This document shows positions 14,308-29,201 of a DNA stretch of 64,000 nt, piece after piece. How positions within the stretch are numbered: the first letter of the stretch is position 1; every line of letters starts with the position of its first letter. The stretch covers positions 12,152,001 through 12,216,000 of the forward strand of contig OZ024763.1 of assembly GCA_964016885.1 (NCBI GenBank). The letters run 5' to 3'. Origin of the DNA: Eledone cirrhosa (Eukaryota). Both the position numbers and the translations under genes were made by a program. The notes under the pieces were generated by a model. It was not told the origin of the DNA. It searched no databases and saw nothing but the letters and a program-made list of their open reading frames with translations.

Positions 14308-14343
14308 TCTAATGTTGTTTTCTTTTTCTCATTCTAGGTAAGT
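14308..14343 (+). promoter_or_regulatory. Candidate recursive splice site (3' acceptor abutting a 5' donor)
   Basis: ctaat gttgttttctttttctcattc TAG|GTAAGT. Confidence 0.4.
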
Positions 14344-14358
14344 TCCAACTCTTTGGCA

Positions 14359-14743
14359 GTGGATATATTTACCATAGCTAACAAATTGAAACCAGTGGTA
14401 TCAGGTTTGAAGTTTCTTTGTTAATCAGCTTAATGTTGTCGTATACATGTTTGGTGGTGGATATATTTACCATAGCTAACAAATTGAAACCAGTGGTATC
14501 AGGTTTGAAGTTTCTTTGTTAATCAGCTTAATGTTGTCGTATGCATGTTTGGTGGTGGATATATTTACCATAGTTAACAAATTGAAACCAGTGGTATCAG
14601 GTTTGAAATTTCTTTGTTAATCAGCTTAATGTTGTCGTATACATGTTTGGTGGTGGATATATTTACCATAGCTAACAAATTGAAACCAGTGGTATCAGGT
14701 TTGAAGTTTCTTTGTTAACCAGTTTTAATGTTGTCGTATGCAT
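14359..14743 (+). repeat. 98-bp tandem repeat x~4
   Basis: ggatatatttaccatag recurs at 14361, 14459, 14557 and 14655. Confidence 0.9.
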
Positions 14744-14979
14744 GAGGAAGAAGTTATTGTTGTCTGAGTATATCTCTTCTTTTAAGGCGGGAATATGTGT
14801 ACTAAACATCTGCTGTAATACAGATGATTTAGAAAAATAACATGATAATAATAATGTTGGTTTAAGATTCAGCAAAGTAGTTGAAAATTTATTTTTAGTG
14901 ATATTGGTAGTGGTGGGAATTTATTTTTCATGAGACATTTTTTGTAATTATCAATGGATTGACCAGACAACCAGATGTC

Positions 14980-15032
<53 letters not shown>

Positions 15033-15086
15033 CTGGTCATTAAGGATTAACGAGACTATCAGATGTACTTATATATATATATATAT

Positions 15087-15395
<309 letters not shown>

Positions 15396-15902
15396 CTGGT
15401 CACTATAGATTGACTCTGGTCAATCTATAGTGACCAGCAATATCATCTACCAGATGTCCTTATATATATCACTGTCCACAATGGAGTGACCAGACAATTA
15501 GATGTCCTTATATATATATATAAGAATTAAAATACTAGAATGTGTTGGAGTTAAACACCCTCTTCATATTATAGAAATGACAGTAAAGGTATAGCTCAAT
15601 GTAATTAAACAGAGCCGAAGAATTAAGAAATAAGAAATATATATATATATAAATGAAAGGTATAGAAAACATTGTAGCAAAAAGCCAACAATATTCCATA
15701 ATATATAAGTGACTATAGTGTCAAAATGGGAAAAATAGTTAACGTAAGATGTGGGAAAAATAATTCAAACTCAACTCAAAGAGAATCAGGATATAGATTC
15801 ATCCACAGAATTTAGTGAAATCCAGGGAAAAATCAATAGAGCCTTAACTCATGATAAAATAAAGTTTAAAAACTCATCCTTCAATTTGGATAAACTTCAA
15901 AT

Positions 15903-15982
15903 GCTCTGTATAGTCTTAAAGACTATTTCACGAAAACTTTCAGTGGAGATGGTCACGGTTGGAATTCGATCCTCAGCAGAGC
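15903..15982 (-). ncRNA. Type I hammerhead ribozyme, complete core, extended helix II
   Basis: RC: gctctg CTGAGGA t-cgaa...ttcg-t GAAA tagtc-tttaa-gacta TA cagagc (helix I 6 bp, helix III 5 bp). Confidence 0.8.
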
Positions 15983-16005
15983 TCAACTCGATAACCAAAA
16001 TTCTC

Positions 16006-16050
<45 letters not shown>

Positions 16051-16079
16051 TATAATCACACACACACACACACACATAT

Positions 16080-16382
16080 ATGAATTGCATAAATGAATTG
16101 AGAGAGAGACTGAGCATAAGAGGAATCAAATGCTGCGTGCAGGAGAGGCGGTTACGCTGGTATGGACATGTGATGCGTATGAAGGATGACAGCTGCATAA
16201 AAAGGTGCAGAGCACTAGAAGTTGATGGAAACCGCGGAGTGGGGAGACCCAAGATGACTTGGGATGAGGTGATAAAAGCCGACCTTACCCAACTACACCT
16301 CTCAAAGTCAATGACACACGACCGTGACTTCTGGCGTCACGCAGTAATACAGGGTACCCGACCTCCCATGGGTACATGCTGA
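16080..16382 (+). mobile_element. RTE LINE ORF2 3' fragment
   Basis: INELRERLSIRGIKCCVQERRLRWYGHVMRMKDDSCIKRC...GRPKMTWDEVIKADL. Confidence 0.85.
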
Positions 16383-16416
16383 AGCATATAAACAATATGC
16401 CCCCCCCCCCCCCACC

Positions 16417-16671
16417 GCAAGGTGGTCGTGGAGGTGCCACGGCAAAAAAGCACCCAGCCCACACTGTAAAGTGGACGTGTAGGCGCCACGAAAAAGCACC
16501 CAGCACTCACTGTAAATGAGGTTGGTGTTAGGAAGGGCATCCAGCTGTAGAAATCAAGCCAGATCAGTTCCTGTATGAGCAAGGCATGGTCAGCCGACCA
16601 GACACTGCCCACAACAGGACAACCCGTCTAACCCATGCTAGCGTGGAAGAACGGACGTAAAACGGTGATGA

Positions 16672-16674
<3 letters not shown>
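16417..16674 (+). mobile_element. 5'-truncated SINE-1 relative with a duplicated ~48-bp internal unit
   Basis: Two aaaagcacccagc..cactgtaaa units, then tgttaggaagggcatccagctgtagaa...ggacgtaaaacggtgatgatg. Confidence 0.8.
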
Positions 16675-16721
<47 letters not shown>

Positions 16722-17199
16722 TCGTGTTCATTTAACATCTGCTTTCCCTGCTTGCATGGGTTAGTCAAGTTATGTTATGTGTCTGTCAGGGTCAGGTGAC
16801 CATGTCTAAGATATACATCTCTATTGGAGTCAGTTTTCTATGGCTGGATGCCATTCTTAACACCGACCACATTACACTGTAGTGAGAGCTTTTCTCATGA
16901 TACTATCACTTGACACAGTGGTGTGGCTACTTTTTTGTTATGTCAATATATATATAATGAAAGCCTTTTTTTGTCACTATATATTTCTGATAAACTTCCT
17001 TTTGCTGACCATACTACTTCAAATTCTGAGTTCAAATACCCCCGAGGTTAGCTTTGCCTTTCATCCATATGGGGTCAATAAAATAAAGTACCAGTCTTGC
17101 ACTGGAGTTGATTTATTCAGCTTTCCCCTCCCACAAATTGCTGGCCTTGTGCCTAAAGCAGAAACCTCTATCATATAAGTCTGTTTTTGCATGGGTTAA

Positions 17200-17636
17200 C
17201 CCATTAACATTCACATTACTCTATATATACTATTGTATTTTCACAGTAAAGGCTTTACCTCACATAATATCTCACATAACATTTACATTACTCTATATAT
17301 ACTATTGTATTTTCACAGTAAAGGCTTTACCTAACATAATATCTCACATAACATTTACATTACTCTATATATACTATTGTATTTTCACAGTAAAGGCTTT
17401 ACCTCACATAATATCTCACATAACATTTACATTACTCTATATGTACTATTGTATTTTCAAAGTAAAGGCTTTACCTCACATAATTATCTCTCATAATATC
17501 GAATCTATGAAAATTTGATATTATTTATGTTGAGAACAATACTTTAACGTCAGTATGAGTGGCTGCTTTCAGCTGGTTTGAACAGAAAGGGGTGAGAGAA
17601 TTCTGGCCGGTAATGGCCGGTTTAAATGCTAAAGGG
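17200..17636 (+). mobile_element. piggyBac-like MITE with four internal 72-bp repeats
   Basis: TTAA|CCCATTAACATT ... AATGCTAAAGGG|TTAA. Confidence 0.75.
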
Positions 17637-17734
17637 TTAAAGTCCTTTCCAGTACAACATCACCCTGCTTGTCTCTCACTACCTCTACCCACACCTTCAG
17701 CTCATCTTTCAACACCTTTACCTACATCATTCCC

Positions 17735-18860
17735 GGTTTACACCATCATGTCAGTACCAGAGCACTCCTCTCTCTATAGATGTTACTATGTAGTACTATA
17801 CCTGGTCTACACCATCACCTGTACACATGTCTGTACCAGAGCAGTCCTCTCTCTATAAATGTTACCATGTACTACTGTACACCTGGTCTACACCATCACC
17901 TGGACACATGTCTGTACCAGAGCAGTCCTCTCTCTATAGATGTTACTATGTACTACTGTACACCTGGTCTACACCATCACCTGTACACATGTCTGTACCA
18001 GAGCAGTCCTCTCTCTATAGATGTTACTATGTACTACTGTACACCTGGTCTACACCATCACCTGTACACATGTCTGTACCAGAGCAGTCCTCTCTCTATA
18101 GATGTTACTATGTACTACTGTACACCTGGTCTACACCATCACCTGTACACATGTCTGTACCAGAGCAGTCCTCTCTCTATAGATGTTACTATGTACTACT
18201 GTACACCTGGTCTACACCATCACCTGTACACATGTCTGTACCAGAGCAGTCCTCTCTCTATAAATGTTACTATGTACTACTGTACACCTGGTCTACACCA
18301 TCACCTGTACACATGTCTGTACCAGAGCAGTCCTCTCTCTATAGATGTTACTATGTACTACTGTACACCTGGTCTACACCATCACCTCTACACATGTCTG
18401 TACCAGAGCAGTCCTCTCTCTATAAATGTTACTATGTACTACTGTACACCTGGTCTACACCATCACCTGTACACATGTCTGTACCAGAGCAGTCCTCTCT
18501 CTATAGATGTTACTATGTACTACTGTACACCTGGTCTACACCATCACCTCTACACATGTCTGTACCAGAGCAGTCCTCTCTCTATAAATGTTACTATGTA
18601 CTACTGTACACCTGGTCTACACCATCACCTCTACACATGTCTGTACCAGAGCAGTCCTCTCTCTATAAATGTTACTATGTACTACTGTACACCTGGTCTA
18701 CACCATCACCTCTACACATGTCTGTACCAGAGCAGTCCTCTCTCTATAAATGTTACTATGTACTACTGTACACCTGGTCTACACCATCACCTGTACACAT
18801 GTCTGTACCAGAGCAGTCCTCTCTCTATAGATGTTACTATGTACTACTGTACACCTGGTG
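17735..18860 (+). repeat. 81-bp minisatellite x~14
   Basis: acctggtctacaccatcacc recurs every 81 bp; 27-aa-repeat ORFs. Confidence 0.95.
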
Positions 18861-19070
18861 CCATTACTTTAACAGTTGTTTTATTTATAAAGAAAATCTT
18901 TCCTTAGAGAAAACATGTTTTTTTTGACAGCTTAAGCCTTTCACCTACTGAGAGTAGCTAATGTACTGTGTGTGTATATGTGTGTGAATGTGTGTGTATA
19001 TATATGTGTGAATGTGTGTGTGTGCATATGTGTGTATATATGTGTGAATGTGTGTGTATATATGTGTGAA

Positions 19071-19102
<32 letters not shown>

Positions 19103-20118
19103 AATGTGTGTGTGTATGTATATGTGTGTGTGTATATATGTGTGAATGTGTGTATATATGTGTGAATGTGTGTGTGTGTATGTATATGTGTATATGTGTG
19201 TGTGTGTGTGTGTGTATATATGTGAATGTGTGTGTGTATGTGTGAATGTGTGTATATGCATATGTGTGTGTTTGTTTGCAGTGATGATGCATTGAGTTGC
19301 ACTCTATCACCACACCATCTGTAATATAAATGCAGACAGAGAGTGCATTATATAACAGCATTGATGGGGGGGGGGCTGTTGTTAGGTGGTGGGGCTGTTG
19401 TTAGGTGGTGGTGGTGTCACCTTGTTATTGGTGGTGGTGGTGGTGGGGCTGTTGTTGTTATTGTTGGTGGTGGTGGTGGGGCTGTTGTTGGTGGTGGTGG
19501 CACCTTGTTATTGGTGATGGTGGTGGTGTTTTTGTTGTTGTTGGTGGTGGTGGTGGGGCTGTTGTTGATGGTGGTGGTGTTGTTGTTGTTGTTATTGTTG
19601 TTGGTGATGTTAGAGGTGGTGTTGTTGTTGTTGGTGGTGGTGATGTTGTTATTGGTGGCGGTGTTGTTGTTGTTGGTGGTGGTGGTGATGTTGTTATTGG
19701 TGGCGGTGATGTTGGAGGTGTTGTTGTTGTTGTTGTTGTTGGTGGTGGTGGAGTTATTGGTGGCGGTGATGTTGGAGGTGGTGTTGTTGTTGTTGTTGTT
19801 GGTGGTGGTGGAGTTATTGGTGGCGGTGATGTTGTATATAAAGCTGCACTCTGTTAGCAGCAAGTGCACAACCAGCAGCAAGTGCAGCACTCTCCATGTT
19901 GAGGAGGCACAGTTGGCATCTGATAAAACTAGGGGCAAATTAGACATTTTAATGTGTTGTGCACCATTACCACCACCACCACCACCACCAAACTGTTATC
20001 ACCATCGCCTCCACCACTACAACCACCACCACCATCACCACCAGCCAACAACCACCACCACCATCACTAGTTAATCACTACTACAACCATACCACCATCA
20101 CCACCACCATCAGCCAAC

Positions 20119-20820
20119 CATTGGTGAGACACTAAAGTGTTGTGACACATTTAGAGACTATTGGTGACACACTAAAGTGTTGTGACACATTTAGAGACTA
20201 TTGGTGACACACTAAAGTGTTGTGACACACCTAGAGACTATTGGTGACACACTAAAGTGTTGTGACACATCTAGAGACGATTGGTGACACACTAAAGTGT
20301 TGTGACACACCTAGAGACTATTGGTGACACACTAAAGTGTTGTGACACACCTAGAGATTATTGGTGACACACTAAAGTGTTGTGACACACCTAGAGACTA
20401 TTGGTGACACACTAAAGTGTTGTGACACATCTAGAGACGATTGGTGACACACTAAAGTGTTGTGACACATCTAGAGACGATTGGTGACACACTAAAGTGT
20501 TGTGACACACCTAGAGATTATTGGTGACACACTAAAGTGTTGTGACACACCTAGAGACTATTGGTGACACACTAAAGTGTTGTGACACACCTAGAGATTA
20601 TTGGTGACACACTAAAATGTTGTGACACATCAAGAGACTGTTGGTGACATACTAAAGTGTTGTGACACATTGGTGAGACACTAATGTGTTGTGACACACC
20701 TAGAGATTATTGGTGACACACTAAAATGTTGTGACACATCAAGAGACTGTTGGTGACATACTAAAGTGTTGTGACACATCAAGAGACTGTTGGTGACACA
20801 CTAAAGTGTTGTGACACACA
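20119..20820 (+). repeat. 40-bp minisatellite (ttggtgacacactaaagtgttgtgacacacctagagacta) x~17
   Basis: Exact periodicity; two gtgacaca sub-units. Confidence 0.95.
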
Positions 20821-22233
20821 CGATATGTTATATTTAACAAGGTATATTAACGATTTGTGTATATTAACGAGGTATATATTGGCGATGTGTTATTAACGAT
20901 GTATATAAACCGATGTGTGTATATTAACGATGTGTGTATAATAACGATGTGTGTATAATAACGATGTGTGTATATTAACGATGTATATAAACCGATGTGT
21001 GTATAATAACGATGTATATAAACGATGTGTGTATATTAACGATGTATATAAACCGATGTGTGTATATTAACGATGTATATAAACGATGTGTGTATATTGG
21101 CGATGTGTTGATATTAACGATGTATATAAATGATGTATGTATATTGGCGATGTGTGTATATTAACGATGTATGTATATTGGCGATGTATTGATATTAACG
21201 ATGTACATAAACGGTCAACAATGTATGTTAATCTCGTATATATACAGCAATGTATGTATGTATACATTAGCAATTAACGTTGTATATAAACACACACACG
21301 TTTACATAGCGACACAATCACCACATACACATACATGTTTACATAGCAACTCACACACACACACACCTGTATTTAACGATGCATACACATATGTCTACAT
21401 ACTCACACACATATGTCTACATAGTCACACACATACACATATGTCTACATACTCACACACATACACATGTCTACATAGTCACACACATACACATATGTCT
21501 ACATAGTCACACATACACATATGTCTACATAGTCACACATACACATATGTCTACATAGTCACACACGTACACATGTCTACATACTCACACACATACACAT
21601 ATGTCTACATAGTCACACACACACATATGTCTACATAGTCACACACACACATAGGTCTACATACTCACACATACACATATGTCTACATACTCACACATAC
21701 ACATATGTCTACATACTCACACATACACATGTCTACATAGTCACACATACACACATGTCTACATAGTCACACATACACATGTCTACATACTCACACACAT
21801 ACACACATATGTCTACATAGTCACACACACACATTCTAACCACACACAAAGACTTTACTAGCTCACGTGCCGAAAACAAGAGAGAAGCCTCATTGGACCT
21901 GCTAGAAATAGCAGCCAAATCTCTCTTGATTCACACACATGCCCACTGAAAACAAAGACGTGATGGTCACAGCCGGAACGCTTTTGGCAGTGGTAATAGG
22001 TTTTATCACATTATCGCACCAAGAATGCTGCTAAACACACACACACACACACACATATATATATGTACACACACACACACATATATATATACACACAACT
22101 ACACACACACATATATATATATACACACAACTACACACACATATATATATATACACACAACTACACACACACACACATATATATATACTCACACACAGAG
22201 CACTCTCCTTTCCTTTACCTTTCCTACGGAAAC

Positions 22234-22274
<41 letters not shown>

Positions 22275-22403
22275 GTGTATATATATATATATATATATGT
22301 ATATACACACACATATGTGTGTGTATATACATATATGTGTGTGTATAAAAAGGTGAAAGATTTATCCACTCGCAGTGAGCAGAAACCAAGAGTCACACAC
22401 ACA

Positions 22404-22438
<35 letters not shown>

Positions 22439-22499
22439 CCCCACACACACAGACCCCCCCCCCCCCCCCACACACACACACAGACACACACACACACAG

Positions 22500-22533
<34 letters not shown>

Positions 22534-22656
22534 ACAGACCCAGATATCTTTTAGGAAACCCAAAACACGGGATGGTCACGACTGGAATGTCTATCATCTC
22601 ATCAGGATGGCAATCATACCTTCTCAGAAGACTTCACACTGCTACTATTACTACCA

Positions 22657-22692
<36 letters not shown>

Positions 22693-23146
22693 CACTCCCC
22701 CTCCCCCCTCTCTCTCACACTACACTACACCTTCCCAAAGTCACCTGACCGTATGTTGTTGGGGAAAGGTAGGGAACCGACATGGCTTTCTTCAGTTGTC
22801 TCCCTTGTTCTCCACCGGAGAATTTTCCAAGATGCACCGCTTTCTCTTTCTCTCCTACACCCCCCTCCCTCTCTCTTATCTTCTCTACCTAGCTATATAT
22901 CGATCTGTATATATCTATATATCACAGTGCTCTTTCCTCCTTCCCTCTCAGTCTCTGTCTATCCTCCTTCCTCCTTCCCCCCTCAGTCTGTCCTCCTTCC
23001 CCCCCTCAGTCTGTCTTTCCCCCTCTATATCCTGTCTGTGTGTCTGTTACCCTTCACTGATAACAACAAAATAAATTACTATATCTTATCTTTAAGAGGG
23101 TTTATCTCCTTGCTTTAGTTGTACATAAATGTGTTTATATATATAT

Positions 23147-23178
<32 letters not shown>

Positions 23179-23231
23179 GTATATCAGTTCACAACGATAG
23201 AGTGTAAACATCATCTTTAACATAGAAATGT

Positions 23232-23282
23232 CTTCTACAGGACTAGAACTGTTTCATTTGAAGGAAATCATCAGCAAAGCTT
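23232..23282 (-). ncRNA. Family B HHR, intact core, weakened helix I
   Basis: RC: gctttg CTGATGA tttccttcaaat GAAA cag-ttctagtc-ctg TA gaagac. Confidence 0.55.
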
Positions 23283-23313
23283 TCCTGGTGATTTTCTCTA
23301 AGTTACTACTACA

Positions 23314-23347
<34 letters not shown>

Positions 23348-23383
23348 GGGGGGGGGGGGCTAGTACAGCATCGAGGCCATACC

Positions 23384-23427
23384 AGGGACGTACGTTTCAT
23401 TGGTTTGGAACACCAACTTTTCAACCT
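23384..23427 (-). ncRNA. Minimal type I HHR with U3-A8 core variant
   Basis: RC: agg TTGAAAA gttgg-tgttccaaa-ccaat GAAA c-gtac-g TC cct. Confidence 0.6.
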
Positions 23428-23544
23428 ATATATAATGTGTGTCTGGTTTATAATGAGGTTACTGTACTGTACTATAGATCTAGATAGAGCTGTACTACAT
23501 AACAGAGCTGTCTGATGGTGTCATAGGCCCAACCCTTAGATTAT

Positions 23545-24795
23545 GTAGTGTACTACACTGGATTGTACTATACTGTACTATACTATACTGTACTATACTA
23601 TACTATACTATACTATACTGTACTATACTACAATATACTGTACGATACTATATTATACTGAACTGTACTGTACTATACTGTACAGTACAGTACTATACTA
23701 TATAGTACAGTACAGTGTAGTATAGTACAGTATAGTATAGTACAGTACAGTATAGTATAGCACAGTATAGTATAGTAGAGAGCAGTATAGTACAGTATAG
23801 TATAGTGCAGTGCAGTAGAGTAGAGTATAGTATAGTATAGTACAGTACAGTATAGTAGAGTATAGTATAGTACAGTATAGTATAGTACAGTATAGTATAG
23901 TATAGTACAGTATAGTATAGTACTGTATAGTACAGTATAGTATAGTACTATAGTATAGTATAGTACAGTACAGTACAGTATAGTATAGTACAGTATAGTA
24001 CAGTATAGTATAGTACAGTACAGTATAGTATAGTACAGTATAGTATAGTACAGTACAGTACAGTATAGTACAGTATAGTATAGTACAGTATAGTACAGTA
24101 TGGTATAGTACAGTATAGTACAGTACAGTGCAGTATAGTATAGTACAGTATAGTATAGTATAATATAGTACAGTATAGTATAGTACAGTATAGTACAGTA
24201 CAGTATAGTATAGTACAGTACAGTATAGTATAGTACAGTATAGTATGGTACAGTATAGTATAGTACAGTATAGTATGGTACAGTATAGTATAGTACAGTA
24301 TAGTATGGTACAGTATAGTACAGTACAGTATAGTACAGTACAGTACAGTACAGTATAGTATAGTACAGTATAGTATAGTACAGTTATAGTATAGTACAGT
24401 ATAGTATAGTAAGTACAGTATAGTATAGTACAGTATAGTACAGTATAGTATAGTACAGTATAGTATAGTACAGTTATAGTATAGTACAGTACAGTATAGT
24501 ATAGTACAGTACAGTATAGTATAGTACAGTATAGTATGGTACAGTATAGTACAGTACAGTATAGTACAGTACAGTACAGTATAGTATAGTACAGTATAGT
24601 ATAGTACAGTATAGTATAGTACAGTTATAGTATAGTACAGTATAGTATAGTAAGTACAGTATAGTATAGTACAGTATAGTATAGTACAGTATAGTATAGT
24701 ACAGTTATAGTATAGTACAGTATAGTATAGTACAGTACAGTATAGTACAGTATAGTATAGTATAGTACAGTACTATATTCTATACTGTATTGTAT
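23545..24795. repeat. Pentamer satellite (TATAG/TACAG)n with a strand switch at ~23695
   Basis: (ctata/ctgta)n changes to (tatag/tacag)n. Confidence 0.95.
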
Positions 24796-25139
24796 ATCTC
24801 AGCTATTGATAGAAATTGGTGATAGTATTATTAATGGTGTTAGTAGTAACAGTAGTAGTAGAGGTAGTAGTAGTTGTAGTGGAAGTGGTGGTAGTAGTTG
24901 TAGTAGAGGTGGTGGTAGTAGTAGTAGAAATGGTTTTAGTAGTTGTAGTAGTGGTGGTAGTAGTAACCCCCTCTCCTCGTGTCTTGGAAATATGGATGCT
25001 GTGTTTTTCCACAGAATTGTCTACCTCCCCTTCCTCCCACCACCACTACTTCGCCCCTTCTTTGTTCTCCTTTCCCTCATCCCTCACCTCACTTTCCCTC
25101 CTACCACTATAGATCCTTTCTCAGCCACCATCACTTTAT

Positions 25140-25722
25140 CTACTACTGCTGCTGCTACTACCACTAATACTAGTACTACTGATACTACAACTACTATTAC
25201 TACTGTTACTACAAGTACTACTACTACTGTTACTACAACCACTACTACTACTGTTACTACAACTACTACTACTGTTACTACAACCATTACTACTGCTGTT
25301 ACTACAACTACTACTACTACTGTTACTACAACCACTACAACTGTTACTACAACCACTACTACTACTGTTACTACAACTACTACTACTACTGTTACTACAA
25401 CCACTACTACTACTGTTACTACAACTACTACTACTACTGTTACTACAACCACTACTACTACTGTTACTACAACTACTACTACTACTGTTACTACAACTAC
25501 TACTACTACTGTTACTACAACCACTACTACTACTGTTACTACAACTACTACTACTACTGTTACTACAACTACTACTACTACTGTTACTACAACTACTACT
25601 GTTACTACAACCACTACTACTACTGTTACTACAACTACTACTACTACTGTTACTACAACTACTACTACAACTGTTACTACAACCACTACTACTACTGTTA
25701 CTACAACTACTACTACTACTGT

Positions 25723-25753
<31 letters not shown>

Positions 25754-27910
25754 GTTACTACAACCACTACTACTGCTGTTACTACAACTACTACTACTAC
25801 TGTTACTACAACCACTACAACTGTTACTACAACCACTACTACTACTGTTACTACAACTACTACTACTGTTACTAGAACTACTATTACTACTGTTACTACA
25901 ACCACTACTACTGTTACTACAACTACTACTACTACTGTTACTACAACCACTACTACTGTTACTACAACTACTATTACTACTGTTACTACAACTACTACTA
26001 CTACAACTACTACTACTACTGTTACTACAACCACTACTACTACTGTTACTACAACCACTACTACTACTGTTACTACAACTACTACTACTACTACTGTTAC
26101 TACAGCCACTACTACTACTGTTACTACAACCACTACTACTACTGTTACTACAACTACTACTACTGTTACTACAACTACTACTACTACTGTTACTACAACC
26201 ACTACTACTGTTACTACAACCACTACTACTACTGTTACTACAACCACTACTACTGTTACTACAACTACTACTACTACTGTTACTACAACTACTACTACTG
26301 TTACTACAACCACTACTACTACTGTTACTACAACCACTACTACTGTTACTACAACTACTACTACTACTGTTACTACAACTACTACTACTGTTACTACAAC
26401 CACTACTACTACTGTTACTACAACCACTACTACTACTGTTACTACAACTACTACTACTACTGTTACTACAACCACTACTACTGTTACTACAACCACTACT
26501 ACTACTGTTACTACAACCACTACTACTGTTACTACAACTACTACTACTACTGTTACTACAACCACTACTACTGTTACTACAACTACTACTACTACTGTTA
26601 CTACAACTACTACTACTGTTACTACAACCACTACTACTACTGTTACTACAACCACTACTACTACTGTTACTACAACTACTACTACTACTACTGTTACTAC
26701 AACCACTACTACTACTGTTACTACAACCACTACTACTACTGTTACTACAACTACTACTACTACTACTGTTACTACAACCACTACTACTACTGTTACTACA
26801 ACCACTACTACTACTGTTACTACAACTACTACTACTGTTACTACAACTACTATTACTACTGTTACTACAACCACTACTACTGTTACTACAACCACTACTA
26901 CTACTGTTACTACAACCACTACTGCTACTGTTACTACAACCACTACTACTACTGTTACTACAACTACTACTACTGTTACTACAACTACTACTACTACTGT
27001 TACTACAACCACTACTACTGTTACTACAACCACTACTACTACTGTTACTACAACTACTACTACTACTGTTACTACAACTACTACTACTGTTACTACAACC
27101 ACTACTACTACTGTTACTACAACCACTACTACTACTGTTACTACAACTACTACTACTACTACTGTTACTACAACCACTACTACTACTGTTACTACAACCA
27201 CTACTACTACTGTTACTACAACTACTACTACTACTACTGTTACTACAACCACTACTACTACTGTTACTACAACTACTACTACTGTTACTACAACTACTAT
27301 TACTACTGTTACTACAACCACTACTACTGTTACTACAACCACTACTACTACTGTTACTACAACCACTACTACTACTGTTACTACAACCACTTCTACTACT
27401 GTTACTACAACCACTACTACTACTGTTACTACAACTACTACTACTGTTACTACAACCACTACTACTACTGTTACTACAACCACTACTACTACTGTTACTA
27501 CAACTACTACTACTACTACTGTTACTACAACCACTACTACTACTGTTACTACAACTACTACTACTGTTACTACAACCACTACTACTACTGTTACTACAAC
27601 CACTACTACTACTGTTACTACAACTACTACTGTTACTACAACCACTACTACTACTGTTACTACAACCACTACTACTACTGTTACTACAACCACTACTACT
27701 GTTACTACAACCACTACTACTGTTACTACAACTACTACTACTGTTACTACAACCACTACTACTACTGTTATTACAACCACTACTACTACTGTTACTACAA
27801 CTACTACTACTACTGTTACTACAACTACTACTACTGTTACTACAACTACTACTACTGTTACTACAACCACTACTACTACTGTTACTACAACCACTACTAC
27901 TGTTACTACA

Positions 27911-27952
<42 letters not shown>

Positions 27953-28398
27953 GTTACTACAACTACTACTACTACTGTTACTACAACTACTACTACTGTT
28001 ACTACAACTACTACAACTGTTACTACTACAACCACTACTACAACTACTACTTCTACTGTTACTACTACTACTACTACTGTTACTACAACCGCTACTACTA
28101 CAGTTACTACTACCGCTACTACTACTGTTACTACAACCGCTACTACTACTGTTACTACTACTGTTACTACAACCACTACTACTGTTACTACAACCACTAC
28201 TACTACTGTTACTACAACCACTACTACTGTTACTACAACCATTACTACTGTTACTACTGTTACTACAACCACTACTACTACTGTTACTACAACCATTACT
28301 ACTGTTACTACTACCGCTACTACTGTTACTACAACCACTACTACTACTGTTACTACAACCATTACTACTGTTACTACTACCGCTACTACTGTTACTAC
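25140..28398 (+). repeat. (ACT)n-derived 18-27 bp minisatellite (gttactacaaccactactactact), ~3.2 kb
   Basis: Triplet-based periodicity; open frames on both strands. Confidence 0.9.
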
Positions 28399-28659
28399 AC
28401 ACCTAACGTTTTCACACACAGTAATACACACACACACACACCTTAATGTTTTCTCACACACAGTAATACACACACACACACACCTTAACGTTTTCACACA
28501 CACAGTAATACACACACACACACACCTTAATGTTTTCTCACACACAGTAATACACACACACACACACACACACCTAACGTTCTCACACACACACACTCCT
28601 ACCCTCACGACACACACACACGTCTGTTTATATGTGACACTCAAACACACAGACACAAC

Positions 28660-28850
28660 ACGTGCGTGTGTGTCTTCCGGCTGCACTATTTCCGCCTCAC
28701 CTGGGTTATCTCCCCTACACTTTGTTCTCATCACACTCCAATATATTATCCACTATTGATCTGCTCTCTGCTATTGGTTTCGATCTCCGTATTGGTGTAT
28801 ATCAATATTACTGTCTCTCTCTCGCGTCTTCCTAACACTAGACCAATGTT
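28660..28850 (-). promoter_or_regulatory. Possible promoter/first exon island
   Basis: Unique CpG-retaining sequence with several CCAAT/ATTGG boxes, ETS-like cttccgg, and a minus-strand donor cccag|GTGAGG at ~28700. Confidence 0.3.
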
Positions 28851-28881
28851 TTATGTCTTCGTATATATTTACACGTGTGTG

Positions 28882-28993
<112 letters not shown>

Positions 28994-29034
28994 ATATATA
29001 TATATATAATATATATAATATATATAATATATAT

Positions 29035-29145
<111 letters not shown>

Positions 29146-29159
29146 ATTATATATAATAT

Positions 29160-29201
<42 letters not shown>

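Noticed and set aside
17780-18927. 375/366-aa repeat ORFs
   Set aside because: They are overlapping frames of an 81-bp minisatellite.
24806-28759. 1317-aa Thr-rich mucin-like ORF
   Set aside because: It is an (ACT)n-based minisatellite that is open on both strands (poly-T, poly-V, poly-S), with no non-repeat domains or convincing signal peptide.
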